Shown here: positions 39,666 to 49,185 of the stretch, piece by piece
Position numbering within the stretch: the first letter of the stretch is position 1
Layout of the letters: the number at the start of each line of letters is the position of its first letter
IMG/VR virus record: IMGVR_UViG_3300033183_000491
Location: 62,001 to 126,000 of that record
Length of the DNA stretch: 64,000 bases
Strand: one strand, 5' to 3'
Program-made: the position numbers and the translations under genes
The notes under the pieces: model-generated
What the model was told of the DNA's origin: nothing
What the model saw: the letters and a program-made list of their open reading frames with translations, nothing else
Databases searched by the model: none

Positions 39666-42600
39666 TTAGGGAAATTCAACACCTGCGTTTGTAATAACAA
39701 AATCAATTGCAATAAATTCAACAGCACGTGTTGGGACGATAACAATTTTACCATTTAATCGATTATTGTCAACATCTTCAGATGTATTATTTGTATCATC
39801 CATGATAACCCTGAAGTCTTCAATCCCTTGATTAACTTGAATTGAAGATAATTGTGAATTTGAGCTTTGAACGAACCTTGCTCTCGTTTCACTGTTATTT
39901 TGTTCGAATAAAAGCCCTTGAGCAATTAATTCGATTCTTCTCTTAACTTCTAGGACCAAACGACGTACGTTAACGCGATCAAGAGCTGTTCTTGCTAGTT
40001 GTGAAGTCTTTTGTCCAAAGATAACAAATTGTTTGTTCGGGAAGTTTGCAATAGGATTAATACGTGCTTCGTAAAGAGTATCACGATCTTCTGCATTTAA
40101 TCTAACATCGATTGCCTGAATTGTTTCGAGTGTTCCTCTTGTAAATCCTGCAGGAGCAAACCAAGGTTGTGCAACATCATCAGTCTTAGCTAATGCACCA
40201 AGAGCAATAATTGATGGTGGAACCTTAATCATTCTTCTACTTGCTAAAGCTGCTGTTTCATCATCGCTAAAGTCTAAGATCTTAACGTCAGGGAAATAAG
40301 ATGCTGTATAAGATGAATTAACTTCTCTACGATCAAATGCTCCAGCTGTTTCATCAACATCAGGTCTACTTGAAGAAAGTCCTTTTTCATTCACAAAGAC
40401 TCTAAATCCATCTGTATCGAATTGTTGGATGTCCATTAGGTAAAGAGATTTTCCAAATTCTTCGCTCTTTAATTTAACTCTATCAGTAATGAATGGATCT
40501 CTAATTCCTGGAAGAAGAAGAACATTATGATTAACAACCATTTCGTCAGTCATTAAATTAACAGCATTCATGTAAGATGCAACAACATTGTTTTCATCTT
40601 CAGCACCTTGCATAGCAGCAGCTGTTGTAAGCGCAAGACCACTGTCAAATCCAGATGAACTTGCTTTACCTTGATCAGCTAAATCAGAACCTGCTCCTTT
40701 TTGTGTCAATTCAATCGATGCAGCGCGATCTGTCATGTAATATGAGTCGCTGTCTAAGATATTAAGTCCATCAAATCCACCAAAGAAAGGAGCTGTAAAC
40801 TTAGCTGCAACGCTATACTTATTAAACTTAGTTACATCCTCTGCTAAAAGTTTTGCTAATGACATTCTAACAGATTGAACTTCAACTGATGTATCTTCAC
40901 CTGAAAGAGCGTCTTTTGAATCTGTAACTGTGAAATTAATTGTATGATTAGAAGAATCATATAGTTTTGATCCAACATCTGCATTTCTTATATAAACAGC
41001 ATCTTTAAATAGTTCTGAAACTGAACCCTTGAGAGCATCAACTCTAAGGTCAGCAGAACTTCCATCGTCTGCAAGAGGAGTTTTAAAACAAACTTTTGCT
41101 AAACTGAATTTGTTATTGTTATGAGAATCTGCCTTTGATCTTGACCAAACATCAGTATCTGCACTTAAAAACTTTGTATAATTCTCTAGGAGTTGATTAA
41201 ACTCTGTACTGTGATTAGGATTATCAATGTCTTTAATTCTTGTTGACATTAAACCCCAGTGAAGACTTAAATCAACAGATTCAGAAGGTGATGCTTCACC
41301 TGTAAACGTTTGATTATATGAAAGACCTCCTGTTTTAATACTTCCTTTTGTAATCTTAAATCTACTTGGTAAAGGAGGCATAACAGATTTATTTAGATTT
41401 GATGCTGGGTTACTATCTGTAAATGTAGTCCAAAGTGCTGTCGAAGAGTCTTTACCCTCTGCGTTTAATAAAAGAGCAGGAACTCCACGATAACCGAATG
41501 GAAGAGCTTTTTGTGGAGCTTCTCCATTTAAGACATCATCACTTACAACAACTCTAACTCTTGTTGAATTATTAGAGAATGATCCTTCACGAATTAATCT
41601 TCTTTCAGATTCTTGTGCTTCAAAATTATAATAAATCTTTTGATCACCAATAACATTACCAATAAATGATTCTGAATTGGGATCTAATGAACAATTTGTA
41701 AATGTTTCATAAACAATTTGAGCTTCATCTGTATCTCTTAAATCTCTTACCGAAACTGTGAATGTTCCATATTCGCTTGTTGGATCATTACTTGCTCTTA
41801 GATTCGAAATAGAAATCTTATATTTATTACTTGCATATGCACCATCATCTAATGATTCAAAGTGGAATAAATCGTATTCTTTATCACCAAAAGGTTGAGA
41901 GATAAACATTGGCGTTTCTGGAGTTGTAAACTTATTTTCAAAGTTAGCATACTTACTTAAATAATTTACTCCGCTAACATCATCATTTCCTCTTAAGAGA
42001 GCAACAGCTTGTCCGACGTTTGAAGCAACTTCTACATCAACAGGAAAATGTGCATATAATAAGACTTTATGTTCATCAAAAGCTAAAGGATCTGTATTTA
42101 AAACTTTTGAGATATAGCTTGAACTAGATGGATCTAATGAAATGTCTCTAGTATAAATTGAACCTGCATCGTTTCTAATATCTAAAGTAAATAATCCAGA
42201 TGTTTCATCAGAAGTTTCGACGTCAGCGTTTGTTCCTACTTTTAAGTGAACATCTTTATGAACAAAAATCATTGCTCTAACTAATTCGACAATACCATCT
42301 CCAGCATTACCTAAACCATCTGTTAAATCATTGTCCATGTCTGTTGTATGAGAATTATTGTCGTTAAAGTTACCTAAAGCAAGATGTTCTGCGTTATCTA
42401 ATTTATGCTTTGCAGCAAGAAAAAAGACGCTGCCTTTTCCTGATGCATCGTCTGAACTAAGTTTGAATCCTGCATTGACTGAAGGTGATCCTATAGAGTA
42501 TCCACTTCCAAGAGTTCTACAAAAAGTAAGAGCTTTACCGTTGTTTCTAAAAAATTCTGTTGCTGCGTGTCCGCCAAGCATGCGTCTGTCAGGTGCTCCG

Positions 42601-42773
42601 AAGATTCGAGTGTATTCTTCAATTGATGAAACAGTAGTTGGTACAAATGCTGGACCTCTTTCAGAAGGACCAATAACACCGACAGGTGTTGCTGTGTTTC
42701 TAAAAATAGGTCTACTGATTATTTCAATTTCACGCTCAAAAAAACCTGGAGACTTAAATGTCTGCTCTGCCAT
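39666..42773 (-). CDS. tail sheath protein 1
   Basis: SPGFFEREI, GPAFVP, PWFAPAG, INPI, GQKT, ALDRVNVRRL, PTRAVEFI. Confidence 0.94.
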   Translation of the reverse strand: MAEQTFKSPGFFEREIEIISRPIFRNTATPVGVIGPSERGPAFVPTTVSSIEEYTRIFGAPDRRMLGGHAATEFFRNNGKALTFCRTLGSGYSIGSPSVNAGFKLSSDDASGKGSVFFLAAKHKLDNAEHLALGNFNDNNSHTTDMDNDLTDGLGNAGDGIVELVRAMIFVHKDVHLKVGTNADVETSDETSGLFTLDIRNDAGSIYTRDISLDPSSSSYISKVLNTDPLAFDEHKVLLYAHFPVDVEVASNVGQAVALLRGNDDVSGVNYLSKYANFENKFTTPETPMFISQPFGDKEYDLFHFESLDDGAYASNKYKISISNLRASNDPTSEYGTFTVSVRDLRDTDEAQIVYETFTNCSLDPNSESFIGNVIGDQKIYYNFEAQESERRLIREGSFSNNSTRVRVVVSDDVLNGEAPQKALPFGYRGVPALLLNAEGKDSSTALWTTFTDSNPASNLNKSVMPPLPSRFKITKGSIKTGGLSYNQTFTGEASPSESVDLSLHWGLMSTRIKDIDNPNHSTEFNQLLENYTKFLSADTDVWSRSKADSHNNNKFSLAKVCFKTPLADDGSSADLRVDALKGSVSELFKDAVYIRNADVGSKLYDSSNHTINFTVTDSKDALSGEDTSVEVQSVRMSLAKLLAEDVTKFNKYSVAAKFTAPFFGGFDGLNILDSDSYYMTDRAASIELTQKGAGSDLADQGKASSSGFDSGLALTTAAAMQGAEDENNVVASYMNAVNLMTDEMVVNHNVLLLPGIRDPFITDRVKLKSEEFGKSLYLMDIQQFDTDGFRVFVNEKGLSSSRPDVDETAGAFDRREVNSSYTASYFPDVKILDFSDDETAALASRRMIKVPPSIIALGALAKTDDVAQPWFAPAGFTRGTLETIQAIDVRLNAEDRDTLYEARINPIANFPNKQFVIFGQKTSQLARTALDRVNVRRLVLEVKRRIELIAQGLLFEQNNSETRARFVQSSNSQLSSIQVNQGIEDFRVIMDDTNNTSEDVDNNRLNGKIVIVPTRAVEFIAIDFVITNAGVEFP

Positions 42774-42828
42774 ACTAGTTCTCCTAATATCTAAATTATT
42801 TATCTATTCTAATTATACATTAAATATT

Positions 42829-44058
42829 CTAATTATCTTTAATCGAGATATTAAAAATAGATTCTGCATATTTTTGATCATAAATTGTTTCTCCAGAAGA
42901 ACTTGCGACACCTTTAATTTCTATAATGTTGCCTTTACTGTCCTTATGGATAACTTTTCTTTGTTTTTTAGAATTTGAGCTTCTTTCTCCTACAAAATCA
43001 TAAACTTCTAAATTAGATTCACCAACTGCAAAAGCTGAAGATTTATCTGTATTATGTAGGTTATCTAAAGAGTCTAAAGCGTTGACTCCAATTCTTTGTG
43101 CAACAGGTTGTAAGTCTTCGTCTAGAATTGGATCAAGAATTCTAGAGTTTGGATCGTTGCTTTGAATACCACCTAGATGAGGATCTAGTTGTGAAGGATT
43201 ATCAAGAATTTCAAATGAAACTTGAGGAGCACTTGTTAAAGATTTAATTCCAACTTTTCCACCAGTTATATTAGGTGCAAGAATATATCCTGTTGCTCCA
43301 ACTGTCATACTATATTTAATATATCGTTCTGCATCAGTGTAATCTGCATAATTAGTATCTTGAGAAAAAGAACTTTCGACAAATGCTGGGAACCAATAGC
43401 CTTTCTTACTTTCTATACGAAATTGTTGTCCAGGATTAAGCGTGTAAGCACTCATGATTGATTCTAATATATTGTTCATTTGTTGAGTAAAAGATGACCA
43501 GATTGTAATCTCGTAACTTGCTCCAAAATATTTAACTGGTGGTATTTCTATTGTCTCATAGATATTGTTATTTATTTGTGGTTTAAGGCTATAAGAAGAT
43601 TTTTGTGAATCTGTATTGACTGAAGTGTGATTTAAACTTTTGAAACCTTCAAAATTATTAAGTTGACGATATTCTGTATTATTTTCAGCGATTCGTCTAA
43701 TAAATGTTTCTGGAAGCATTTCATTATTAGCAATACCTTTTTGAGGTTTATTTTCAAGATTTGTTCTTGTAATAGATATTAAAGGTAAGATTAAAGCACC
43801 AGATTTATCTGTAATAGGTTGTTTTCTTCTTAAGATTGCAAATCTTTCACCTGTTGCAAATATAACAGGAATTTTTTTAACTTCACCTTGAATCTCAAAA
43901 AATAAAGGAATTTGTTTGTTAAAAAGATTAAAAATAGCAAAGTCTAAATCTTCAATACCACATGAAGGAATAACATAATCATATGCTTTATTTGTATCTT
44001 CATATCCGCTTATAATTGAAGAGTTATCTTCTGTTGTTTTATCATATCTTGTTGACAT
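42829..44058 (-). CDS. tail terminator / sheath stabiliser (gp15-like)
   Basis: IPVIFA.GERF, LPLISI.R, YEITIW....QMN; between neck and sheath genes. Confidence 0.72.
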   Translation of the reverse strand: MSTRYDKTTEDNSSIISGYEDTNKAYDYVIPSCGIEDLDFAIFNLFNKQIPLFFEIQGEVKKIPVIFATGERFAILRRKQPITDKSGALILPLISITRTNLENKPQKGIANNEMLPETFIRRIAENNTEYRQLNNFEGFKSLNHTSVNTDSQKSSYSLKPQINNNIYETIEIPPVKYFGASYEITIWSSFTQQMNNILESIMSAYTLNPGQQFRIESKKGYWFPAFVESSFSQDTNYADYTDAERYIKYSMTVGATGYILAPNITGGKVGIKSLTSAPQVSFEILDNPSQLDPHLGGIQSNDPNSRILDPILDEDLQPVAQRIGVNALDSLDNLHNTDKSSAFAVGESNLEVYDFVGERSSNSKKQRKVIHKDSKGNIIEIKGVASSSGETIYDQKYAESIFNISIKDN

Positions 44059-44714
44059 TATTCATCTCCATAAAAAGATGTTCCGATTCCATTAACACTT
44101 TTAACAGACCCATCAGGAGCAACTTTTTTAGGTCCACTAATTGGTGCATCAAGAACACCATCTTTTTGAAGTTGTCTAACATCATGATCAGGTTTACCAC
44201 GTTGTTGCTCAAAAGTTGTTTGAACAGCGTTGTCTTCAAGATATGCTTCAGATGTTGGTCCAAGTGCATTCTTGTAGATATTTTCTATTCTTGTTTGTTT
44301 TGCAGTAAGTTTTATTGATGCTGCACGTTCAACTTGTCCATAAATAAGTTTATCAAAAACAAATGAAGTAATTTCAAAAAAGAATTCTCCATAAGAAATA
44401 AAATCACCTTGTTTGACATCGATTTCTCTATCAATTAAATCTCTATGATGCAAATAAGCTGTGATAACTTTGATTTGTTCATGACCAAACTGAGTTGTTT
44501 TAACTTCAGAAGGTTGCCAATCAACTAAACATTCTATTAAAATAGGTGGGTTAAATATTTTATGAATTGCTTCTTCATAAATGTCATGAACATCAGATAA
44601 ATCTTCTCTTATAGTATAATAATAGATTTTTTGACCTGCAACATCTTTAATAACTTCTTTTGTTAAATCTGAAAAGAAGTCTGCTTCTTTTTGTCCTAAA
44701 AATAATCTAGCCAT
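44058..44714 (-). CDS. neck / head-closure protein (gp14-like)
   Basis: E.I..V.GQ.I.YY, IYEEA..K.F, GDF..YG..FFEI; synteny. Confidence 0.75.
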   Translation of the reverse strand: MARLFLGQKEADFFSDLTKEVIKDVAGQKIYYYTIREDLSDVHDIYEEAIHKIFNPPILIECLVDWQPSEVKTTQFGHEQIKVITAYLHHRDLIDREIDVKQGDFISYGEFFFEITSFVFDKLIYGQVERAASIKLTAKQTRIENIYKNALGPTSEAYLEDNAVQTTFEQQRGKPDHDVRQLQKDGVLDAPISGPKKVAPDGSVKSVNGIGTSFYGDE

Positions 44715-44718
44715 TTTA

Positions 44719-46290
44719 TTATCCTATAATGATTGCTCTACCATTAGGAACAGGGACTCTTCGAAGAATATTTAACATTGCTTCTGATTGAGCTGCATCT
44801 GCTTCTAATAATTTTTGATAAGTTAATTTATCTAAAGTCTCTGTAAGTGTTTCACTTAATTTTGTTTTATCTTCTCTTCCTTGATTAATTAAATCACTAC
44901 CATTTAATTGAACATCACTTCCAGGAATTGGAACAGCACTAAACTTTGATCTAATTAATCCAAGAGTTTCTTTACAAAGAGCTAATGTATACTGTCTAAT
45001 CCATTGTCTACTCATTTGATTAATCTTACTAAAGTTAATATTTCCAAAAGGAATATTTGACAAATTTGAAACGCCGTCAATTGATGAATCATCATAAGGA
45101 AGATTAGGTTTAAAGGGATCTGAAGGGAAAGAAAACTTAATAAATAAATTTTGTGGATTGTCTTGCGTTGGTCGTGGAAAGATTCTTAATTCTTGACCTT
45201 GTAATTTATAACTATAATTACTTCTTCTTACTCTATTCGATATATCTAATTGTCCTGCTCTTAATAAGTCTTCAAATACAGGAAGAACATAAAAGACAGT
45301 CTCAGGAGTAAATGACTCAAAAGAGAATTGATTATTTAAATAGTTTATAGCTGAAGTTGTATCAAAGAATCGATATGCAGCTTGAGGAGAGAAATGGAAT
45401 ATCTCGTTAATCTTTAATTTTGAAGGTGTTGCTGATGGTAGTATTTTATCTTTATATACAGGATTAAATATAGATAATTGATTTTCATCGTAATTATATT
45501 CATCTAATTTTAATTCTTTACCTTCAAAAGGAATAATCAAATCTTTATAAACATTATAGTCTTGTTTATCATGTTCTAATTCAATATATCCTCTTATTGC
45601 ATTACTTACTCCTCCTACAAATGCATCAGAAGCGTAAGGTTCAGCTCTTCTAATAAGATAATCTAAAGTTTCTCTTGGGAATCTTTGTTCTTGTCCATTA
45701 GGACCAATCCTCTTATCAACGATAGGAGAAACTTCACCAGCTGAAGTCCCTGATAATTCTTCGATCTCAAGTGGTAATAAAATTATACTTATAGAACCAT
45801 CAGAATTTGTCTCTGTTTTGTATTTACCTTTTTTATTTTGAATTCTAAACCTTGGGTCATTTGGGTCTTGTATAAGTAAAACCTGAACATCTTCAGCGAT
45901 ATCTGATTGTTCATTACCTAAACTATCAAATTCGTGATTATTAACTATATCACTCGCAGTTTGTCCTTCATCTAACCAATAATAATGCCCAAATTTATTT
46001 TTCTTGAAAGTCTCACTTGGTCCAGATTGAAGACCAAGAATATTTGACATATAAGATTCTGCTTGATGAGTGTTTATTTGTCTTGAATATTCTAGTGTTG
46101 CTTCTTCAAAGTTTGCCCATATCTGTTTACTTGTCAATTCAACAGTCATAATGTCATCACCAAGACGTCTTTTCACATATAATACAATACTATCAGCCTC
46201 TTCCTGAAAGTGTGTGTCGTCATCAAATGCTCCAAAAGGTGTTGGTTTTCCATCAGTTGGACTGTTTAATATATCATAAAACGAAGCCAT
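44719..46290 (-). CDS. neck / head-tail adaptor (gp13-like) with insertions
   Basis: RRLG....VELT..Q, WIRQY.LAL.KE.LG.IRSKF..VP.PG....LNG. Confidence 0.82.
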   Translation of the reverse strand: MASFYDILNSPTDGKPTPFGAFDDDTHFQEEADSIVLYVKRRLGDDIMTVELTSKQIWANFEEATLEYSRQINTHQAESYMSNILGLQSGPSETFKKNKFGHYYWLDEGQTASDIVNNHEFDSLGNEQSDIAEDVQVLLIQDPNDPRFRIQNKKGKYKTETNSDGSISIILLPLEIEELSGTSAGEVSPIVDKRIGPNGQEQRFPRETLDYLIRRAEPYASDAFVGGVSNAIRGYIELEHDKQDYNVYKDLIIPFEGKELKLDEYNYDENQLSIFNPVYKDKILPSATPSKLKINEIFHFSPQAAYRFFDTTSAINYLNNQFSFESFTPETVFYVLPVFEDLLRAGQLDISNRVRRSNYSYKLQGQELRIFPRPTQDNPQNLFIKFSFPSDPFKPNLPYDDSSIDGVSNLSNIPFGNINFSKINQMSRQWIRQYTLALCKETLGLIRSKFSAVPIPGSDVQLNGSDLINQGREDKTKLSETLTETLDKLTYQKLLEADAAQSEAMLNILRRVPVPNGRAIIIG

Positions 46291-46369
46291 ATTAACTCCT
46301 ATAATTTTTATTTTCTTATCTAATTATAAAAGTTTTCATAAAACAATCAAATTAACAGACTACGAATAC

Positions 46370-46407
46370 AAAAAAACCCCTAAAACAATAATGTTAATTA
46401 GGGGTTT
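46370..46407 (-). terminator. intrinsic terminator
   Basis: AAACCCCTAA...TTAGGGGTTT stem plus T run. Confidence 0.75.
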
Positions 46408-46439
46408 AAAAATTTTATATTTTTTAATTAAATTAATTT

Positions 46440-46673
46440 TTATGCAAATGTTGCTGATGTATCATTTCCATCTGAGGTGCCATCCCCTGTTGGAATTGAA
46501 GTTGATAATGTCAATGCTGTTCCATTATTGTTAACATGTAGGTAGTATTGTGTACCACCTGCAGATGTTAAAACGATATATCCTGGCTTGTCAGAGTCAT
46601 TATTATCAATAATGAATCCTTCACCTGTCTCTTGAACTAAACCTTTTTTATCTGTGACTACGACTTTTGGCAT
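46440..46673 (-). CDS. small putative virion protein
   Basis: AGGAG RBS; MPKVVVTDKKGLVQ, beta-rich. Confidence 0.75.
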   Translation of the reverse strand: MPKVVVTDKKGLVQETGEGFIIDNNDSDKPGYIVLTSAGGTQYYLHVNNNGTALTLSTSIPTGDGTSDGNDTSATFA

Positions 46674-46709
46674 TTTATATCTCCTTTTTTTCTTTATTAT
46701 TTTAAGTTA

Positions 46710-47144
46710 TTATACCAATTTGAGTTGTGAAGACTCGTATAAATAAGTCTTACCTGGGTTTCTTTCGCTTTTTACTTCGAAATAACCTTTACGATTAATC
46801 GAAATAACCTTTCCACGTTTTCCAGAAGGCATTATTACTAATGATCCAATCTCTACAACACGTGGTGCTGGTGTAACAGCTTGAACTGCTACTTCTTCAA
46901 CAACAGTTTCAATAACAGGTTCTGCAACCGGTTCAACAACTGGTGCTGGTTCTGGTGCTGGTTCTGGTGGTGGTGGAGGCAACTCTTCTTGAACTGGTTC
47001 TGATGCAACCTTTTCAACTGCTTTTTTAGATGCAGCCTTTTTAGGCTCCTCAACCTTAGGCTCAATAACTTCTTTTTTAGGAGATTCTACTACGTCTTCT
47101 ACTTTTTTCTTTGACGTAGACCTTCTTCCTCTACTTGTTGCCAT
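46710..47144 (-). CDS. hypothetical protein: basic N-terminus, Pro/Glu/Val linker, C-terminal KOW/SH3-like barrel
   Basis: start moved to ATG 47144 (AAGGAGG RBS); IGSLV....GKRGKVI pattern. Confidence 0.7.
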   Translation of the reverse strand: MATSRGRRSTSKKKVEDVVESPKKEVIEPKVEEPKKAASKKAVEKVASEPVQEELPPPPPEPAPEPAPVVEPVAEPVIETVVEEVAVQAVTPAPRVVEIGSLVIMPSGKRGKVISINRKGYFEVKSERNPGKTYLYESSQLKLV

Positions 47145-47170
47145 AACTTCCTCCTTATAGGATAACTTGT

Positions 47171-47222
47171 CCACATGATTCCAATGCGCTGGTGGGGTCA
47201 GCTGTTATGTTTGCATTGGGCC
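47171..47222 (-). ncRNA. candidate structured 5' leader (nested stems plus possible pseudoknot)
   Basis: CCAATGC/GCATTGG and GCTG/CAGC stems; loop CCAC complementary to downstream GTGG; GC-rich island in AT-rich DNA. Confidence 0.45.
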
Positions 47223-47247
47223 TATTATTATATATTAGTTTAAATAC

Positions 47248-47272
47248 AAAAAAAGTGCAATTAAGCACCTTT
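47248..47272 (-). terminator. probable intrinsic terminator
   Basis: GTGC/GCAC stem plus T run. Confidence 0.55.
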
Positions 47273-47290
47273 ATAAATTAATTTTTTATA

Positions 47291-47530
47291 TTACTCAGAA
47301 TCTGAGTCAGTCTCTGGTAGGCTTACAGTTGCTTCAGCCTCATCACCTTGCGCACCATCATCTTGTGCTGCAGCTGCCTGTCTCTCTTGTTCTTCACGAG
47401 GAACCAAACGATCAATTGACTCTTGGAGGGTATGAGCATCTTGTAGAGAAAAAGCGCCACGTCGTTGAGCTACTTGAACAGCGGAGAGTAGTACGTTAAC
47501 AGATTGAACTTGTTCTGGTGATAGTTGCAT
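47291..47530 (-). CDS. hypothetical protein
   Basis: AAGGA RBS; L..AVQVAQRRGAFSL.DA helical motif, acidic tail. Confidence 0.8.
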   Translation of the reverse strand: MQLSPEQVQSVNVLLSAVQVAQRRGAFSLQDAHTLQESIDRLVPREEQERQAAAAQDDGAQGDEAEATVSLPETDSDSE

Positions 47531-47604
47531 ATTATTATATCCTTTATAAATAAATTTTTTAATTTAAATTAATTGATTAATCCCCGTTGATTAACCATGT
47601 GCAT

Positions 47605-47633
47605 ATAATAATCACGACAAATCAAATGTACAA
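47605..47633 (-). promoter_or_regulatory. promoter TTGTAC-17-TATTAT
   Basis: upstream of the 47291-47530 gene. Confidence 0.55.
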
Positions 47634-47657
47634 TTATTTTTTAAAAAAAATTAACTC

Positions 47658-47894
47658 TTAATTTCTTTCACTAAGGCGTGAATATTCTTCCTTAATAAGA
47701 CGATTAAGATACTCAGGTGTAACTTTAACTGGTTGATTTTGAATAGCTGAATATTCTTCTTTGATAAGTCTATTAAGATACTCAGGTGTAACTTTAACTG
47801 TTTTGCTTTCTTGAAAAGATTGTCTTTTTTCCATTTTAACATTATTCATTTCTTCAAGAGCGATTCTTCTTAAGTTTTCTGCTGTAAGCTTCAT
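47658..47894 (-). CDS. small protein built of three K.T.E.L.R.I.EE repeats; likely prohead core protein
   Basis: MKLTAENLRRIALEE plus VKVTPEYLNRLIKEEYS twice (69-bp period, 47679-47800). Confidence 0.75.
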   Translation of the reverse strand: MKLTAENLRRIALEEMNNVKMEKRQSFQESKTVKVTPEYLNRLIKEEYSAIQNQPVKVTPEYLNRLIKEEYSRLSERN

Positions 47895-47906
47895 AATTTA
47901 TTTCCT

Positions 47907-48173
47907 TTATTTATCAGATTTTTTATTTAATTCTTTTTCAACTTGAGTTAGTTTAGTATCTATTTTAGCCAATGCTACTTTGATTTCTTGAACAGAGCTC
48001 AATAATTCCTGAAGGACTGATTCTGTTTGTGAAGCTCTATGTTCTAATGAAGAAACTCTCGCCTTTAGTTCTGCCATTTCTTCAGCATTTTGTTTTGAGT
48101 CTTTGTGCCACGAGTAAAATAGACCTAAGACTGACAGGACTGTTCCTACTGAAAGTACTAGATTTGGTTCCAT
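47907..48173 (-). CDS. holin-like membrane protein (N-terminal TM plus coiled coil)
   Basis: LVLSVGTVLSVLGLFYSW TM segment then heptad repeats. Confidence 0.5.
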   Translation of the reverse strand: MEPNLVLSVGTVLSVLGLFYSWHKDSKQNAEEMAELKARVSSLEHRASQTESVLQELLSSVQEIKVALAKIDTKLTQVEKELNKKSDK

Positions 48174-48224
48174 AGACTTCTCCCTAAAATCTTTATAATA
48201 ATAATTATTACTATAGAATTTATT

Positions 48225-48737
48225 TTATTTAGATATCGTCATAATAAGTGCACCTAATCCTGCACCAACGAATGCTGAAATGCTTGAAAAGATTAAAACT
48301 TTCTTTTCTTCAGAGTTTAATTTTTTCTCTAAAACTATTTTATCGAGTCTTAATTGTTCGTTTTTATCTTCAATAGTTTTAACTCTTTGGTCGCAATCTT
48401 CTTGACATTTAGCTAAATCTTCTTGACAAGATTCATCAACAACATCAACAAGTGATCCACAACTTCTTTCACACCTTTCTAAAATACCTGTAATGATTTT
48501 TCTATCTTGAATTGTTAAAATATATCCTTGATGTTTTGCTATTTCGCCTTTTAAAACAAAAGATTCGTCTCTAAATCTTTCTTTTACTATTAATTCAATA
48601 GACTTAGGTTGTGTAACTAATTCTGACCTTTTTAAGACTAACGGGTTTGACTCAAGAGTATAATTTGGAACTTGAGCTGCTGAAGATGTTATTAAAGAAA
48701 AAATGACTGTTAATGAAGTGAATATATTTTTAAACAT
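48225..48737 (-). CDS. exported Cys-containing coiled-coil protein with C-terminal TM (spanin-like)
   Basis: signal peptide ending SAA-Q, five Cys, C-terminal hydrophobic helix. Confidence 0.45.
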   Translation of the reverse strand: MFKNIFTSLTVIFSLITSSAAQVPNYTLESNPLVLKRSELVTQPKSIELIVKERFRDESFVLKGEIAKHQGYILTIQDRKIITGILERCERSCGSLVDVVDESCQEDLAKCQEDCDQRVKTIEDKNEQLRLDKIVLEKKLNSEEKKVLIFSSISAFVGAGLGALIMTISK

Positions 48738-48738
48738 T

Positions 48739-49095
48739 TTACTTGCAAACTCCTCTTATTTTACAGATTGGGCAATGAATATCAGGATCAAAATCACTCC
48801 CATTAGAAGCTTCTTCGATATCTAATGCACACTCAGCATTAAGATCTTGTCTTAATTTTTGCAAAGATTTCTTTCTTTCAGTAGCACATTTTGTTCTTTG
48901 AGTTTTAAGTTGTTCAGATAGTTTATCTCTATCTTTTGATATGTCTTCGCAAACAACAGACTTAATACAAAGAGGAGCTGTTGCTCTTCCTGCCCAAAAT
49001 GATAAAGCACCTATTACTAAAAATCCAATAAATACTTGTACTGTTTTGTCTTTTAAAAGAATTAAAAATTCTTTCGCGTTACTTAAATCAATCAT
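48739..49095 (-). CDS. N-terminal TM, Cys-rich coiled-coil protein (i-spanin-like)
   Basis: VFIGFLVIGALSFWAGR TM, coiled coil, seven Cys. Confidence 0.45.
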   Translation of the reverse strand: MIDLSNAKEFLILLKDKTVQVFIGFLVIGALSFWAGRATAPLCIKSVVCEDISKDRDKLSEQLKTQRTKCATERKKSLQKLRQDLNAECALDIEEASNGSDFDPDIHCPICKIRGVCK

Positions 49096-49185
49096 AAATT
49101 TGTCTCCTATTTAAAATTAATTATAAAACATATATTAATAATATATAATAAAGAATCATATTAATATTTTTTAAGGAGAAATAAT

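Noticed and set aside
42358-42978. 206-aa plus-strand ORF and the other short ORFs nested in long genes
   Set aside because: Overlap well-supported genes, no motifs; expected by chance
17200-46290. Bacterial contractile injection system or tailocin
   Set aside because: Contiguous with portal, protease, scaffold, capsid, neck and replication genes, so it is a phage tail
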